A program made the translations under genes and the position numbers. Below, piece after piece: positions 25,633 to 37,458 of a DNA stretch of 64,000 nucleotides. Origin of the DNA: Parasitella parasitica NRRL 2501 (Eukaryota; Fungi; Mucoromycota); assembly GCA_025201805.1 (NCBI GenBank), contig MU619299.1, positions 5,604 through 69,603 on the forward strand, written 5' to 3'. Numbering within the stretch: the stretch's first letter is position 1; every line of letters starts with the position of its first letter. The notes under the pieces are model-generated. The model ran no database searches, had not been told where the DNA came from, and was given only the letters and a program-made list of their open reading frames with translations.

Positions 25633-26742
25633 ATGTCTAATTACAACTACAATTACATCATAAAGGTTTTTGACCTCTGATCTTTGATGAAACAGCATAT
25701 TAACATGTAAAATTTGTTGAACAGTATATCATTATTGGTGATACAGGTAAAAAGAAAAAAAAAAAAAAAAAAAAAAAAAAATAGCGAAATTACATACTAA
25801 GCGTGTACATTAGGCGTAGGAAAAGTAAAGTATCCAAGAAAATCATCCGAATGTCTATGCTTTTCGGAACTAATGTATATTCTGTAGTCATGTATTTTGT
25901 TGCAGTTTACAGATAAAAGATTCATGCCAGCTCATGATTTAACCATTGGGTAAAGTATATGGCTTGAAACGTTTCAAAAAAGGGGAAGGGTTTCTTTATT
26001 AACATTGTTTCTAGAGTTGGATTCGGCACTCGTTTTATCACAGTGAATGACCAACCAATAAAACTGCAAATTTGGGATACAGTGAGTTATGTACAAGTAC
26101 AAGCTAAAGTGTATCTGTACTCATTACATGTAGGCTGGACAAGAATCATTTAGATCAATTACACGAAGTTATTATAGAGGCGCTGCCGGTGCTTTGTTGG
26201 GTAAGGCTTTGTTATGATTTCAGGCACCAACTAATTTATTTACATGTATGCTAGTTTATGACATAACAAGAAGAGATACCTTTGAGCATCTACCAGTTTG
26301 GCTGGAAGGTAGTATTGTGGCTATTTACATGTAAGGTACAAAAGCTGATTGCACATTGCAGATGTCCGCCAACATGCCAACCCAAACACTGTCATCATGC
26401 TGGTCGGCAATAAGAGCGATTTGGAAAAGAATCGACAGGTTTCAAGAGAGGAAGCCCAGAAATTTGCCCAAGAAAATGATTTGTTCTTTCTGGAGACATC
26501 TGCTAAATCCTCTGATAATGTAGAACGAGCTTTTGAACAGACGGCAGCAGAAATTCAAAGGAAGATTCAGAGCGGTATCATCGATATGAACAGCGAGGTA
26601 AGTAGTGCTTTTGCTGCCTAGTTTTTTTTTTATCATTCCAACAACAATTGGCTAGACAAATGGTGTCAAACTGGCCCCTCCCCAAGGCGGATCTTCTTTG
26701 CCCTCTGCAAACAGTTCCTCGAGCAGCGGCGGATGTTGTTAA
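25633..26742 (+). CDS. RAB2: Rab2-family small GTPase, many short exons
   Basis: Spliced [44 protein letters not shown], ETSAK, and C-terminal GGCC*. Confidence 0.88.
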
Positions 26743-27442
26743 AGTAAATGTCAAAAAACATTACCCCTCTTTTATTTCATACTCTATCTCGTCCTTACAT
26801 CTAATATCACATCAAATAAACTTTTTTTCATTGTTACACCTTGAGATGAAGTGAGGATTATTTTCATTTGAGCAAACGTCAATACAGTTTTAAACATTGT
26901 TGTGTTAATATGGTGCGCGACGATAAAAAATGACTTTAAGGAAGCTGCTGTTTCGTCCTTGCTGATATTGGTGCAACATGTTCTTTTCGTTATCGATGTC
27001 TGAACTGGGTTATATTATCATACAAAAACTTTTTGTGTCCTGAATCTACATATATCTACGCAATGGTTCAGTCTCTTCTATGGGCACCATTGCAGCATTG
27101 ATACTTGTTTAAGGAGGCTGTGTTTCACAAACTGTCGCATAACAATCCAAAAATGTCTTGCAATTAATGAAGACTGACGTTATTATGGAAATATTCGTCT
27201 TTTACACTAACCCATAAAGACGCAAAATAGCATTAAAGCTATAGTTTGGGGCAACTAGGAATAAATCTCTGGTGTACATGTATTGATGAATATGCTGTTG
27301 TGATATAGCAGCTGACTGTGGACTGAATAAACGTTACTTGGTGAAAGGCAATTACATACAAAAAAATAATGATCAATTGACGCAATAGTGGCTTTCTCTC
27401 TGTCTCTCTCTCCCTCTCTCTCTCTTATTTTCATCGATTCAA

Positions 27443-29232
27443 ATGCCAACATTCAACGAAATCACAGATAATAAAGTTGATGCCACTTCATTCAACGTCA
27501 GTGTCCCTGATATTCTTGATCATGAAGCATCGAGTAGCACCTTCCCGTCATCGCCATTTTCTACCTATCAAACTGATTCTAATGTGCCAAATGATGCCAC
27601 AAGGACGGCACCATTATTATCTTCCACTGTAGAAAAGTCAAGAGAATCATTAATGTCTGAAATTGAAGATACAATTGAGCAGATCTTTGCTTCTATAGCC
27701 ATTGGAGAATCATTCAAAGTACCCACGACATGCAGACCTCCATCGACTCTGCAAAACCAAAAGTAAGGCCATGTGCCTTATGTAGTGATGAGGGATAAAC
27801 TAATACATTGCACGCTTGCTTATATACCTGCAGAAGAAAAAGACCTCCAGCTGCTGCAACCGCAGCATGTAGCGATGTTGCCAACGCTAGTAGTGGCAAT
27901 ACTCGCAATCTAACACTCTCAAGTAGCAGCAAGTCAACTCAGGCTTTGGCTCGCTATCTCTCTGTTTTACAGATGATTTATGAAGCGATTGCGCATAGAA
28001 TTATGCTGACAAAAAGAGACATATATTATCGAAACGTCGAACTGTTTAGCAAGCAGTCTGTTGTGGATACAGTAATATATTGCTATCGTATTAGGAGGGG
28101 TGTTATTACTCGTACTGATGATTACAAAGATTGTAGATGATATGTCTCGTCATTATAATGTGCCGCGATGTTCACTAAATGTTGTTAGTATAATCGCCGA
28201 CATCTATATGGTTGACCAAACGGGACTGATACATTCCTAGAGTGCAGCATCCAAGGGCCTTGTATTTGGGCCAATTATTATAAAGTTAAAGAACAACAAG
28301 ACGTTGGATTGTAGTTTTAGCAGTGCGACAACAACAACAACAACAACAACAACAGTAACAACAGCTGATGATGGGCAAGTAAGTTTGCCGTTGAATACAA
28401 CACGTACATCTGTTTACAAATTATTGTTTCGACTTTATATGTGCAGGGGATATTGATACCTCCTGTTCATCAAATAGTTCAAGTACAGTGCAAAGCAAAA
28501 TGTATGATTGTAGTCGAAAAAGAGGCTACATTCCGCTATCTAGTCTCAATTGGATTCTGTCAGTCCTTACCCGAGAGCTGTGTATTAGTTACGGTAAGTA
28601 TATCTTGTACAATGATAAAAAAAAAAAAAAAAAGGCTCAATGGCAGAGTCCCATTGTAGGGCAAAGGATACCCTGATTTATCTACTAGACAATTTGTTAA
28701 ATACTTTTCGACCCACTTTACCATGAAGCGTATACTTGCACTTATGGACGGAGACCCACACGGGCTCGATATTTATGCTACCTACAAGTGGGGGACGAGG
28801 ACCATGTCGTTTGATGTGTTCAACTTGGCGGTAAACAGTATAGAGCTGATTGGGCTAACATGTCGAGACCGTCAAGAGTGAGTTTGGTGGGGGTGGGGTG
28901 GACAGATGCAGATTTTCGAGAGCTAAAACAACGTGTACAGATTTCACATATCTCCGCAATGCCTGATCCCTTTGACAGAAAGAGATAGAGCAAAGTGCTT
29001 GACCATGGTTAAAACGTACAATCAAAACGAAACGCCAGGACAGAGCCAATTGATCGAGCGAGGATGGCAAGACGTGGACACTCAACTAGCGTCGCAAGGA
29101 CATCGGTCATACATACGGGAGATCAACTATCTGCTGCAGTCAGGCCATAAATGTGAAATACAAGCACTTAATGATAGCGGCCCTTTCAGCTTGACAAACT
29201 ACTTGATCAAGAAACTGGGCAAATATCAATAA
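27443..29232 (+). CDS. SPO11: Meiotic double-strand break transesterase Spo11
   Basis: TKRDIYY (catalytic Tyr), VVEKEATF, GKGYPDLSTR, DGDPHGLDI (Toprim) and KCEIQAL; exons splice in frame. Confidence 0.92.
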
Positions 29233-29357
29233 CAGCAAATATCTACACCAGCAGCAGCAGGGCCAATCAAGCTCCGTTGATATATAATAATAGCCATTTG
29301 CTTTGAAAAATAAATTGCTCCCTTGTTTCTTTACTTTTTTGATACAAGACAAACAAC

Positions 29358-30485
29358 ATGGCAGATTCGTAAGTAACATCACAGGCTGCTACATTTAGAC
29401 ATGGCTTTTTTCTGACAGCAGCTTACATTGCAAAATCAACAGACAACGGATGATTCTGGATCCTGGTATGTTTCTGCATTACAAGCTTCTTTTCACACGC
29501 GATACTAACTCGCCCAACAAAGCTATCCGTGATTGGGTTCTCATACCCATTCTGTTCGTGATGGTCCTCGTAGGCATTCTTCGCCACCACATTACAATTC
29601 TCATTACAGGCGCACCAAAGACGCCGCAATTGAAAGCTATTCGTGAGTCGTAAGTTTGTCTGTCTGCCTTTTGTTCGTTTCTTGAGAATTCAAGCTGCTC
29701 TCCACATTCCATGTAGAAAGGCATTGTTACGAGGATTGCGGCTACGAACGGTGGGCAATAGCATCCCACAGCATGCTTTTGCTGTTCGCAAAGCGTATCT
29801 AGCGGATGCATTTGAAAAGGGCAAGTATCTTAAAAACCCTGATGCCAACAAGGAAGGAGCAGCGCCAGCAAATCCCATGGCAGACCCTGATATGATGGAA
29901 GGAATGATGGAGGGCATGAAGAAGCAGATAACCAACATGGTGCCTCAAATGGTGATTATGGGATGGATCAACTTTTTTTTCCAGGGATTCGTAGTCATCA
30001 AGCTCCCCTTTCCTCTGACACCTCGCTTCAAGCAGATGCTGCAGAGTGGTGTCGATACTCGCGATATGGACGTCACCTGGGTCTCCTCTCTTTCCTGGTA
30101 CTTTCTCAATCTGTTTGGACTCGGTAGTGTATTTTCTTTAATTCTGGGTGACAACAATGCAGCAGGTGTAGACATGACAGCCATGAGCTCAATGCCTGGT
30201 ATGATGCCTGGAATGGGTGCCATGGGTGGTGCCCAACCAGGTCAGCCGCAGGATTTCAACAAGATGTTTCTGGCCGAGAAGGAGAATGTCATTATTACGC
30301 CTCATGTGTGGGATTTAGAGGACGTTGAAGAAAGGCTGTTGAAAAAGTATGGCAAGACCATTGCCTCAAAGACAACAACAGCAAAGTGCGCCACTGAGCC
30401 CGCCAGTGCTGAATCAATAAAGAAAAAGGAGCCTTCTGTGCGTGAAAAGATTCAAAAGGTTCAAAAGAGCAATAAGCGTCGATAA
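29358..30485 (+). CDS. EMC3: ER membrane protein complex subunit 3
   Basis: MADSQRMILDPAIRDWVLIPI, WINFFFQGFVVIKLPFPLTPRFKQMLQSG, WVSSLSWYFLNLFGL. Confidence 0.95.
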
Positions 30486-30520
30486 AAGAAAAAGTTTAAT
30501 AAAAAAAAAAAGAAAAGAAA

Positions 30521-31844
30521 TCAAGGCCGTGTCCTGGCCAAGCCTACACGAGTATTTCCAAAGTCATAGACTGAATAGTAGCTTCTTAAAAATGTATCGC
30601 CCAGGATGACAAGCGGTGTATTGGCTTCGGCAACACCAGAATAACAGAGCCCGCTCTTGTCGCCTGACGCCTGGGACATTTTGGCTCTTACTAAATCCTT
30701 GAGAAAAAGGGGAAAGTCTTGATCTCCAAGCTTGATACTAATGGATTCTGTAGAATCGCTGTCTGCAAAACTGCATGGCATTCTCCAGCCGTACATGGGG
30801 TCGTATTTTGCATCTGGGATGGCCTTATGAATGGCGTTGGACACTGCACTAGGTACGATAATAAGCGTGGTTCCAGTGTCAACTATAGCAGGCATTGCAG
30901 AATGAAGAACATTGACCCCTCCAATTTCTACACCTGTCATGTCTACTTGCCAGTACTTTTTGAGTGTCACTGGGACGTATTTCAGTTCACCCTCGAAATG
31001 GTTTTGATTAATGTCACCAAACAACTATAAATAAACGTAAGCTTGTCGGTTCTGCTTGCCGCTGCTGGTGTACTTACAATTTCGCCTTTGCCGCCATCAC
31101 GATTATGTCCCAGATGAAAGCTGACGATTGGAGAAGGAATGGAACCAGCCATATGTAAATCTTCAACAATTGAGGCCTTGATGCCCGTATAAGCCAAGGG
31201 AGGGAAAGCCAAGCCAAAGATGCCGTCCAAAAACTTGTCTGAGGCAAATTCTGGTGTCTCATCACTCACCAAGCCAATTAGTTGCTGAGGCCGAGTGACG
31301 TTTCCCAAATGTACAGCATCCATGGCCGTATATCCTCGCACACTGGAACCGTCGCCGTAGGAGAGCTGCCATGTTTTGCTGTTTATCTCTTTGTAAGTGG
31401 ATGACTTTGAGCCGTCAAAGCGATTATGTGTGCTGCAGCTAGACCCACATCTGGAAGAAGGCACCCAGATATCCGAGCTGCCCGTGTCAAAATCTACATT
31501 GAACTTTTGTGGCGGTGTGCCAATGGCAATTTCTCCAACGTATTCAATATCGACATAGGCACTAAACAGCTCGATTGCTGCGTTGCTGGCAGAATTCAAT
31601 CTGGAATTTAGCTTTTCGTCCACAATCCCATATTTGGCTAAAGATCGCTTGACTCTTGCGGGTGTATTCATGCGACTGCCTTCAATGAAATCGAGGCCGA
31701 CGCTATAGTACAAGGAGCTCAAGTTAGTTGCTATCAGTGGGTGATACGCATAGAATACTACTTTAAATGACTAAGCTGAGCTTCAACTACCATCAATAGC
31801 ACCAGTGCAGTGGCGGACGCTACTAGGCTTAGTTGCTTGACCAT
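30521..31844 (-). CDS. Secreted pepsin-like aspartic protease (A1 family)
   Basis: Signal peptide [22 protein letters not shown], catalytic DTGSS and DTGTT, flap [13 protein letters not shown]. Confidence 0.93.
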
Positions 31845-32277
31845 CTTGTAGGCGATATTTGTTGGGATGCAGATGTAAATAAAAGCTGTAAACAAACTTT
31901 TGTCTCCCTTTATATATTGTACATGTACCTCTATGGCGATATAGCCCGAGGATTTTGGATCAAAGACTTTCATCAAGTCACCGAAGAAGCAAGGCTGAAT
32001 CAATTTGACACAATTGGCATGTGTAGCATAACCTCTATATCGATGACGACTTGGTAAAATACGATAGATGCATGAATCTTGTAATTAATCACATGCCATG
32101 CGTTTTTGCCAGTGCTTTGATATTCAAGATATACAATACGCTTGGATTTATCAGAAGCCATATTTTCTAAGCTGGAAATTACCCTCGGGTAGATTCTTGT
32201 CTTTCCTCCTCCTTCCCCCCTCTCCCTTTGTTTCTCCATCATTCTTGTAAAATTCTCCTCTTTCATAAACTGTTATC

Positions 32278-33246
32278 ATGGTACACCATCCTGGCCGTGT
32301 ATCCATCATCGGAGCAGGCACACTAGGCGGTACCATCGCTTATAGCCTCATGCTCACAAATGCCGCTAAAGAAATACTGTTGGTGGACATGTCGCAAAAC
32401 ATTATCCAAGGGCAAGTGTTGGATTTAGCAGAAGTACCAAGCACAACAACAGTTCGTGCTGGTACCTTTAAAGAAGCAGGACAGTCTACATTGGTCATAC
32501 TGACGGCAGACACGCCACCTAGCGACACAAATCGCCAGCAATGGCTTAAAAGAAGCCGACACTTGTTGCAGAGCATTGCATCCAGCATGTCTCCTGTGCA
32601 CTCGGAAATCATGGTTTTAGTCACCAGTGATCCTGTTGATTTATATGTACAATCTTTACAATCGTATTTCCCCCACGTGTCTCCGAACCGTATTTTTGGG
32701 CTAGGCAATGCCATGGCAACAGTTCGATTCGCAGAGTGGCTCAAAGAGATGATGACTTTGTCGTTGTCGTCTTCGTTGTCTTCGTCGTCTTCGTCGCCTT
32801 CATTAGCCAAAATTACAGACGCCTACTGTATTGGAACACAGCATTTGCCAGTTGTAGTTTGGAGTAATGCCAAGGTCAATGGCTCGCCAGCGTCCGCATT
32901 ATCCAATTTAACTGCACAAAGAGCCACTTGCGACAAAGTGGTTTCCAACCATCGACGATATTTGATCTGCGAGCGCAAAGGGGGGGCTTGGTTTGGCGAA
33001 GCTGCTGCTGTTACCCGACTCGTCGTGGCGATCCTCAGGCAGCAGCCTTCCTCTCGCACTGCCGATACCATTTGGGTTTTATCTGTAACTGTACCTCGTT
33101 ACCAGTGTTGTCTTTCCTGGCCTGTGGTTATTTGCAACACGGGGGTCAAATGCCTGGTTGACATACTACTCTCAGCAGACGAACAAGAACAAATCCTGCA
33201 AGTGGTAGAGTCAAACGTAGCAGACTTTCAAGCAAGCTTTACTTAA
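32278..33246 (+). CDS. Lactate/malate dehydrogenase-fold protein, probably catalytically degenerate
   Basis: VSIIGAGTLG Rossmann motif, GQVLDLAE, DPVD, RIFGLG; canonical catalytic D and H positions altered. Confidence 0.75.
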   Translation: MVHHPGRVSIIGAGTLGGTIAYSLMLTNAAKEILLVDMSQNIIQGQVLDLAEVPSTTTVRAGTFKEAGQSTLVILTADTPPSDTNRQQWLKRSRHLLQSIASSMSPVHSEIMVLVTSDPVDLYVQSLQSYFPHVSPNRIFGLGNAMATVRFAEWLKEMMTLSLSSSLSSSSSSPSLAKITDAYCIGTQHLPVVVWSNAKVNGSPASALSNLTAQRATCDKVVSNHRRYLICERKGGAWFGEAAAVTRLVVAILRQQPSSRTADTIWVLSVTVPRYQCCLSWPVVICNTGVKCLVDILLSADEQEQILQVVESNVADFQASFT

Positions 33247-33265
33247 TTAATAAAATACCATGCAT

Positions 33266-34438
33266 TTATTTCTTGAATAATTTATTTAATCGAACTTTGA
33301 ATTGGTCGTTCAAGCGAGCTGATGCAGAGGGCCTTGGCGAGCTCGGATTAGGGAAAAACGGTTGGATGTGCAATGAGCTCGCTTTCGAGGCTAAATTAGA
33401 AGAAATATAACTATCTTGGCTTTGGGTGCTTGATCTCCTACTCGCTATGCTACCTTGGCCGCCATTGGGGTTGGATTTCTTAATCCTATTTACAGCTCTT
33501 TGGAATTTGCTTTTAAATAACTGGCCTGGGCTAGACAAAGATGGTCTTGGGAGTGGTGGTAGCAGTAAAATGTCGTCCATCAACGCTATGGTATCGATCG
33601 AGGTGATGGCTGTATGTGGTAGAATTAGGCAGTCTGGTTGGTCTGACTGGTCTGACTGGTTTGGCTGGTCTGCCTGGTCTGGCTGATCTACTAATAAAAT
33701 TGCTGCAGTAGAATTGTTGTCATGGGGTAAAGGAGTCATGACAGAACCGGTTGTCTGCTTGATAGCAGTAGAAGGTTTCGAGGCTGTTTCTAGTAACAAC
33801 AGCGAGGATACCTCTTCATCTTCTTCAGAGGTTGATGAAGACGAGGAAAATGTCAACATGTCGTTTTGTGATGGGGATGTAATTAAAGGGTGCTGCTCTT
33901 TTTTGGCAGTGGTGTTGGTTTTAAAATTCCTTTGCTCGTCGTACTCGAGTTCTTGATGTATGGCAGACCAGTCGATGGAGCTATTTTCTTGTAAATGGTG
34001 ATGATTCTCATCATCGCTGACAAAATTAAAATGTGTGTCTAGCCTTGGTAATGTAGTTGGACAGGATGGAAATTTCATGAGGTTCTCGAAATCTATAGAA
34101 GAAGCATTGGAAATGTCATCCTGCTCGTGTTGATCGTCTAGTGTGCAGTGGTTAATGGATGCATAGTGCGGTTCGTTATCGTATTCTAGAGAGTTCTGCA
34201 GAGCGCAAGGAAGATTTGATGGTGGAGCTTCTATTAATTTGGTTTCCCTGGGTCTTTCGTCCTGCTGCTGCTTGAACAGCATGAAATATCCCAATACAAA
34301 TGCTGCCAGCAGATAAGTAGGTAACTTTGCAACGATAAGCACACAAATCAATGGGATGAATTGACGAGGTATTTTTGATTTTTTCATGATTGCCTGTAAG
34401 ATTTGTTGTTGTTGTTGTTGTTGTATAGTTGTTGTCAT
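33266..34438 (-). CDS. Hypothetical protein with N-terminal TM segment and Ser/acidic low-complexity body
   Basis: Single ~390 aa ORF with a hydrophobic stretch (FIPLICVLIVAKLPTYLLAAFVLGYFMLF) and a short DQ(P/S/A) repeat. Confidence 0.65.
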   Translation of the reverse strand: MTTTIQQQQQQQILQAIMKKSKIPRQFIPLICVLIVAKLPTYLLAAFVLGYFMLFKQQQDERPRETKLIEAPPSNLPCALQNSLEYDNEPHYASINHCTLDDQHEQDDISNASSIDFENLMKFPSCPTTLPRLDTHFNFVSDDENHHHLQENSSIDWSAIHQELEYDEQRNFKTNTTAKKEQHPLITSPSQNDMLTFSSSSSTSEEDEEVSSLLLLETASKPSTAIKQTTGSVMTPLPHDNNSTAAILLVDQPDQADQPNQSDQSDQPDCLILPHTAITSIDTIALMDDILLLPPLPRPSLSSPGQLFKSKFQRAVNRIKKSNPNGGQGSIASRRSSTQSQDSYISSNLASKASSLHIQPFFPNPSSPRPSASARLNDQFKVRLNKLFKK

Positions 34439-34947
34439 TGTATCATCATGTAGGAGGAAAAAGAAGAAAAAAGAATGAGAAATCACATTTTCAATACATA
34501 CAAAAAAATTTCAAGGGGATCAAGTGTATGGAATGCTGTGCTTATTTTACACCACCCACCACCCATGAATGGACCTCCTATTTCGCTCCCTTTCTCTTTC
34601 AACACTTTTTTTTTTTTTTTTTTTTGACCAGGACATACGACTATTCTTGGTATATAAAAACAAAAAAAAACAAAAAAAAGGTCATTAGTGATATTTTAAA
34701 TGCAAGTATGGCATACACCTTTTTAATTCATAATTTGCTGTTTTTATTGTTATGTTTATTTAATCTCCATCACAGCGTATTCAAATGTCAATTTCAACCT
34801 TATATTATGAAAATAGATGTTTGGAACACATACGTCTCCTTTTGCTTATGTTGGCCCCTGGCGTTGTTACATAATGTATGGCCACACAACATTCGTAAAG
34901 TACATTAAAGCACAACAATCAATTCAAGAAAGCATGTCGATGATTGG

Positions 34948-35040
<93 letters not shown>

Positions 35041-35670
35041 CATGACTAACCCAACCATTAAGAATAAAACCCATTAGTTGTTACACTCTCCTTTTATTCT
35101 ATTCTCCTGGAGATACATGTTATGCGTACATGGCCCTCTCTTTTCATATGTCTCATGCAGAATCCAAAATTGATCTGCGTTTTAAGCTATATAAAGCACT
35201 TTTTACCCTGAGTAAAAAATAAAACTGATGACTTTAATTCAAATACACTGATAATATGTCCCCTCCGCCTTTTGCTCAATATCAATATCTTAAAGTTATT
35301 AATGAACACAATTATGGTAAATTAATTTCACTCGTTCTTGGATATAAAGATACAAAACTACTTTTACTGATTCAAAGCTTGAATCAGATTTTTAAAAGGG
35401 CATCCAGGCTATTTTTCTCGTAAGACCGACATCAGACCACAGATTTTGAGTGTTGCTTGAAAGTGAAAAACTGAGTTCACAGCCATGTTTGATGACATTT
35501 GTGAATTCAGTTTCTCAAAAAAAAATCTTGCAACTTGTATAATAGAAAATTACACCAAAATTCTAAATCTAAAGTTTATACATGTCTTATATACAACACT
35601 ACAATACTATTTACACTGAAAGAGCAAAATCTGTCTCCAAAAAAAAAAAAAAAAAACCGGAAAGAGCGAG

Positions 35671-37156
35671 CTATTCAAAGAAGGATACAATTTTAGGTTG
35701 ATTAAGCATATACGTGCTCAACTCTTCGCTCTTCCTTCGATTTTTAGTGATTGATGAGGACCGAGTATGATGTATTTGCCGTAACATGCCAACGCTGCCA
35801 ACTTCTTCACTCTTTCGCCGCATTGCTGGCATTAACGGAGTAGCTAAAAACTGCTGTACATTGTTGGAGCTAGCACTTCTCTTGAGCGCAAGCAGCAACC
35901 TGTTTCTTTCTTGTACAACAGAATCAGGAATTTGCACGGTTCCGGCAGCAATTGTCATGGGGAATGTTCCCAGCGTAGTCTCAACAGAAGGAATGCCATG
36001 CACATCACTAATTGTCTCCGTCGATAGATCGAGCCATTCTTGACGGTTTCTCGTACAAGCATGCACAAGTTCTATACATTTGGGGAATAGCTCGGATAAT
36101 GCTTCAAAATATGGATTCACAATGAAGTCGATAAAACCCACATTGATTTTGGAAGGATTGGCAATCGTTTGGTCCATGTTGGGTGAAACAGGAAGACCTA
36201 GACTGAGCTCCCTTTCACCTTGGCGAAAGAATTCAACACATACTAGACGAGATTGTTGGTAAAAGACAGGCCATGGGCGACACGGGTTGCTGACATCTGC
36301 AGCATGTAGCAGTATATTGCACATCATGAGTCGCTCCTTTTTATTTAGCACTGACGTATCTGTCACGGTCGTGGTCGCTGTGGGCATGGCCTGGCTGAAA
36401 TGCCTTTGTTTGAAATATTCGAATGGATTGTCATGTTTGGAGAATATTGGTTTTAGAGCTGATTTCAAATGTTGCATCTGAGACGCACGTTTGATCTTGT
36501 CATGGAGAACTGCGATATTATCTTTTAGTGTGAAATGACAGACCATGTCCGTCGCTAGTATCATTTGAACAATGGATGACTTGAAGTCTTGCAGAGTGAT
36601 AGGACATCCAAATTCTTGGCTCTTGCTCTCCACATGACGTAGGTAGTTGTGCTTTTCAAAAAGCTGCAGTGCGATTGTGGACGAATGGCTCTCCAAAACA
36701 GACAAGTTGTTGTATCGCAAAGCTCTTTCTGTTTTGCAAGATACTTCAAAGCCATTGTTGTTACCGGGCTGTGTACGTAGAGGATTAAAGACTGAGTGGG
36801 ACGGTCCTCTTTGTAGCAACACTTACATGTCCTATGTCATGGAATAGCGCAGCTAGCATCAGCATAGCCAAATCAAATCTATTCAAATATTCAGACATGC
36901 CATATCCGCTCAACATGTGATGTAAAACCATCGCTACGTCGACAGCATGATAGAACGAGTGGTACGGATTGTCGTTGTATTCCCTTTCTATATCGATGAG
37001 TAGGTCCAAGAAATCCGAGGTAGTTGTTCCGAGCGTTTGGCATATGCCGATGCGCTGGAAGATGCCAGCGATAAAGCCATAGACCTCGCTGCGGGATTTG
37101 CCATGCAGAGAGTAGTCCAATGCATGGTGATTTGGATGGTCTGATATCTTTAACAT
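35671..37156 (-). CDS. Class I 3',5'-cyclic nucleotide phosphodiesterase
   Basis: NPYHSFYHAVDV, ALFHDIGH, VLESHS, ILATDM, HAADVSNPCRP, EFFRQGERE. Confidence 0.92.
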
Positions 37157-37458
37157 TATCTATTTGTATTAAACTTTAACCTTAAATTTCACAATTCAGG
37201 CCACTGTGTGATGCATGATACCCACTGTTTCGATTGCGAACAGATCGCTGCTTGATAGGCTATTGTGTCTTAGGATGATCATTTTGTCTAAAAAATCGAA
37301 TTGCACAAAAAGAAGAGAGAAAGAGAGTAATAGAACAAAAAAGTTTTTTTTTTTTTTTCCGTATATATTAAAAAATAACCAAGTTCAATCTGACATCATT
37401 GCCGAAAGTATCCGTGTTTTTGTGTCAGAAAATGGCAGTGGAATTAAAGTGAAACATT

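Noticed and set aside
34817-35077. Poly-lysine ORF over the A tract at 34951-35037
   Set aside because: Homopolymer tract with no TSD or upstream retroelement body visible; long A/T runs occur throughout the window.
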